DNA of 64,000 bases from Octopus sinensis (taxonomy: Eukaryota): assembly GCF_006345805.1 (NCBI RefSeq), contig NC_043005.1:71424001-71488000 (forward strand), written 5' to 3'. Positions 61,648 through 64,000 of this stretch are shown here, one piece after another (position 1 is the first letter of the stretch; the number at the start of each line of letters is the position of its first letter). Made by a program: the position numbers and the translations under genes. The notes below the pieces were generated by a model. The model had not been told where the DNA came from, searched no databases, and worked only from the letters and a program-made list of their open reading frames with translations.

Positions 61648-62194
61648 ATGTATGTATGTATGTATGTATATATGTATGTATATATGTGTATATGTAAGCA
61701 CACACACACACATGCTTGTTACAGTCGTCAGTACACTGTAGCCATGCTGGAGCACTGCTTTGAGCAGTTTGGTTGAACAAACCAATCCCAGTACATTTTT
61801 TAAAGCCTGGCAATCTTCTATCATTTGTCAATCAGAGATGGGGACAAATACAAAGACACACACACACACAAAGATAGATAGACAGATAGACAGATAGACA
61901 GATGTACTAAACATATGCATATGTGGGGAAGCCTTGTCGTTTGACAAATATTCAACTGTTCAATCAAGTGTAACTCTTACTCATTGAATTTAAATATAAG
62001 TGGTTGAGTACTCCACATACATGTGTACCCTTAATGTATTTCTCATGCAGAATCTGTATGGTACAATAATGCAGTGTGTGACAAGGCTGTACCTTTTGAA
62101 CTACTGGTACAATTCATTTTCACTCTGTTCATTTTCACTCACAAGGCTTGAATCACTCCAAGGCTACAGACAATGCCATTTGTCCATGATACTG

Positions 62195-63232
62195 TGCAGG
62201 AGTGGCTGTGTGGTAAGTAGCTTGTTTACCAACCACATGGTTCCGGGTTCCTTGGGCAAGTGTCTTCTACTATAGCCTCAGGCCGACCAAAGCCTTGTGA
62301 GTGGATTTGGTAGACGGAAACTGAAAGAAGCCCGTTGTATATTCTGGTTCTTGACTGATGACTGAGGGCTTCGAATGTCCCGTCCTGTGGTTCTTGTGTC
62401 GTCTCTGTGGTGTTTCATGTTCTTGTCCATGTCTGTAATTAATTTTACTGTTTACCTATATAATCGGCGGCTACGTATCCACAATTGTCCTTATACGATA
62501 AGTATATTTTTTTCTCTAGCTTTGATACGACTCTTAATCTGTCTCTTTTTCTCTCTCTCTCTCTCCTCCCTTATTCCACTTCCTTCTTTCCCTCTCCATC
62601 CGTCTCCCCCCCCTTCTACGTTTCTCTATCTCTCTCACCTCCAGCCCCCTCGATCTGTCTCTTTCTTCTCCTCCCTCGTCCACCTTCTCTCCCTTTTCAT
62701 CTGTCCCTTTCTCCTGTCTTTTGTTCTACGTGACAGCTAGCCGCTGTTGAGCGCTCTTTTCGTTTTCAGCGCCGCAGAAGCAACACGTATTTGTTCGTCT
62801 CCCCGTGGCCTTTAGGCACAACTTCACAAGCCAGCCCCATACTCAAATCGTCCTGTCGAAAGACCCTTGTCCTACGTCCTGGTTTTGTTTTGTGTTTATT
62901 TTTTATTTTTACCGTTATTGTTTTACGTTTTTGTATTCTTATTGGTGTCACGTATTCTGTATTTTTGTTTGTGTACTTCGATCGTTTTCCGTCCTTTCGT
63001 TGTATACATTCGAAGCTTTCTTCCAGGGGATCTAATGCGCTTGGCTTAGATTTCCCTTGGCGGGCTGGCCATATCGGAGCAATCTCAAGATTAATCAGCC
63101 GAAATTGCTAAGATGATCTGGTTCTTGACTGATGACTGAGGGCTTCAAATGTCCCGTCCTGTGGTTCTTGTGTTGTCTCTGTGGTGTTTCATGTTCTTGT
63201 CCATGTCTGTAATTAATTTTACTGTTTACCTG

Positions 63233-63292
<60 letters not shown>

Positions 63293-63520
63293 GCGTGTGT
63301 GTTTGTGTGTCTGTGTTTGTCCCCCTGGCATTGCTTGATAACCGATGCTGGTGTGTTTATGTCCCTGTTACTTAGCGGTTCGGCAAAAGAGACCGATAGA
63401 ATAAGTACTGGGCTCACAAAAGAATAAGTCCCGGGGTCGAGTTGCTCGATTAAAGGCGGTGCTCCAGCATGGCCGCAGTCAAATGACTGAAACAAGTAAA
63501 AGAGAGTAAAAGAGTAAAGA
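62195..63520 (+). mobile_element. SINE family A split at its central (TA)n by a 0.9-kb insertion
   Basis: 5' half 62195-62340; 3' half about 63290-63520. Confidence 0.85.
62343..63235 (+). mobile_element. non-coding element with about 115-bp terminal direct repeats, probable non-autonomous PLE derivative
   Basis: 62343-62458 matches 63118-63233; pyrimidine-rich then T-rich interior; CpG-rich relative to flanks; ends in (TA)n; no credible ORF. Confidence 0.65.
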
Positions 63521-63574
63521 GTTATATTAAGCTCTGGACTATATGAGCAGACTTTTCAATCATTTGACCATACT

Positions 63575-63825
63575 CTACCTAGACATGTGTGTGTGTATGT
63601 CAGTATGTATGTGTGCGTTTGTATGAGTGTAAGTGTGTGTGAATGTGTGTGTATGAGTGTATGTTTGTGAATGTGTGTGTGTGAGTGTGTATATGTGTGT
63701 GCATGTGTATGTGTACATGAGTGTTTGAGTGCATATGTGAGTGTATTTGTGTGTGAGCATATATGTGTGTGTGAGCATGTATGTGTATGTGTGAGTGCAT
63801 GTATGAATGTGTGTGTGTGAGAGTG
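63575..63825. repeat. GT-rich low-complexity tract
   Basis: Direct reading. Confidence 0.9.
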
Positions 63826-64000
63826 TGTAAAAAGCTTCTATGCAGTCTCTGTCTACTAAAACTTTACACAAGGTATTGACCATTACAAGACTACAAAACA
63901 AGACACCAGCCAAAGACGATTCACTCTGGTATCTCACCTGACACCATGTGACCATGTAGCAAACCATTCAACCATGTGATTATTTCTGCACTTATAATAA

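Noticed and set aside
62355-62380. CTGATGA...CGAATGTC as a hammerhead (also at 63129)
   Set aside because: No GAAA and no convincing helix I or II around it; the second copy reads CAAATG. Kept only as part of the structured-module finding.

Overview
AT-rich, repeat-dominated eukaryotic DNA, most likely intronic or intergenic sequence from a coleoid cephalopod (Octopus-like). This is judged from the tRNA-derived SINE families and dense (TA)n/(CA)n/(GAT)n microsatellites. No host gene could be named; one weak terminal-exon candidate lies at 45926-46217 (+). The window holds dozens of SINE copies from at least three families; RTE, CR1-like and R4-like LINE remnants; and mariner, maT, hAT, piggyBac-like and Tc1/pogo-like DNA-transposon remnants or MITEs. 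It also holds one near-full-length Penelope-like element (PLE; RT plus GIY-YIG, three frameshifts, partial-tandem pseudo-LTRs) at about 54303-59613 (-). The most notable signal, read by eye, is a set of type-I hammerhead ribozyme (HHR) motifs in several distinct repeat families. These are an intact canonical HHR at 47062-47147, a CUGUUGA core variant in the PLE pLTRs, a U3:A8 compensatory variant, and an HHR inside a short tRNA-headed (Pol III-type) element. That element integrates with PLE-style inverted 3' duplications, making it a candidate Penelope-mobilised, ribozyme-bearing SINE. All structures were paired manually; no folding, alignment or database search was run. Boundaries of decayed repeats are approximate (tens of bp), and family names come from motif recall.
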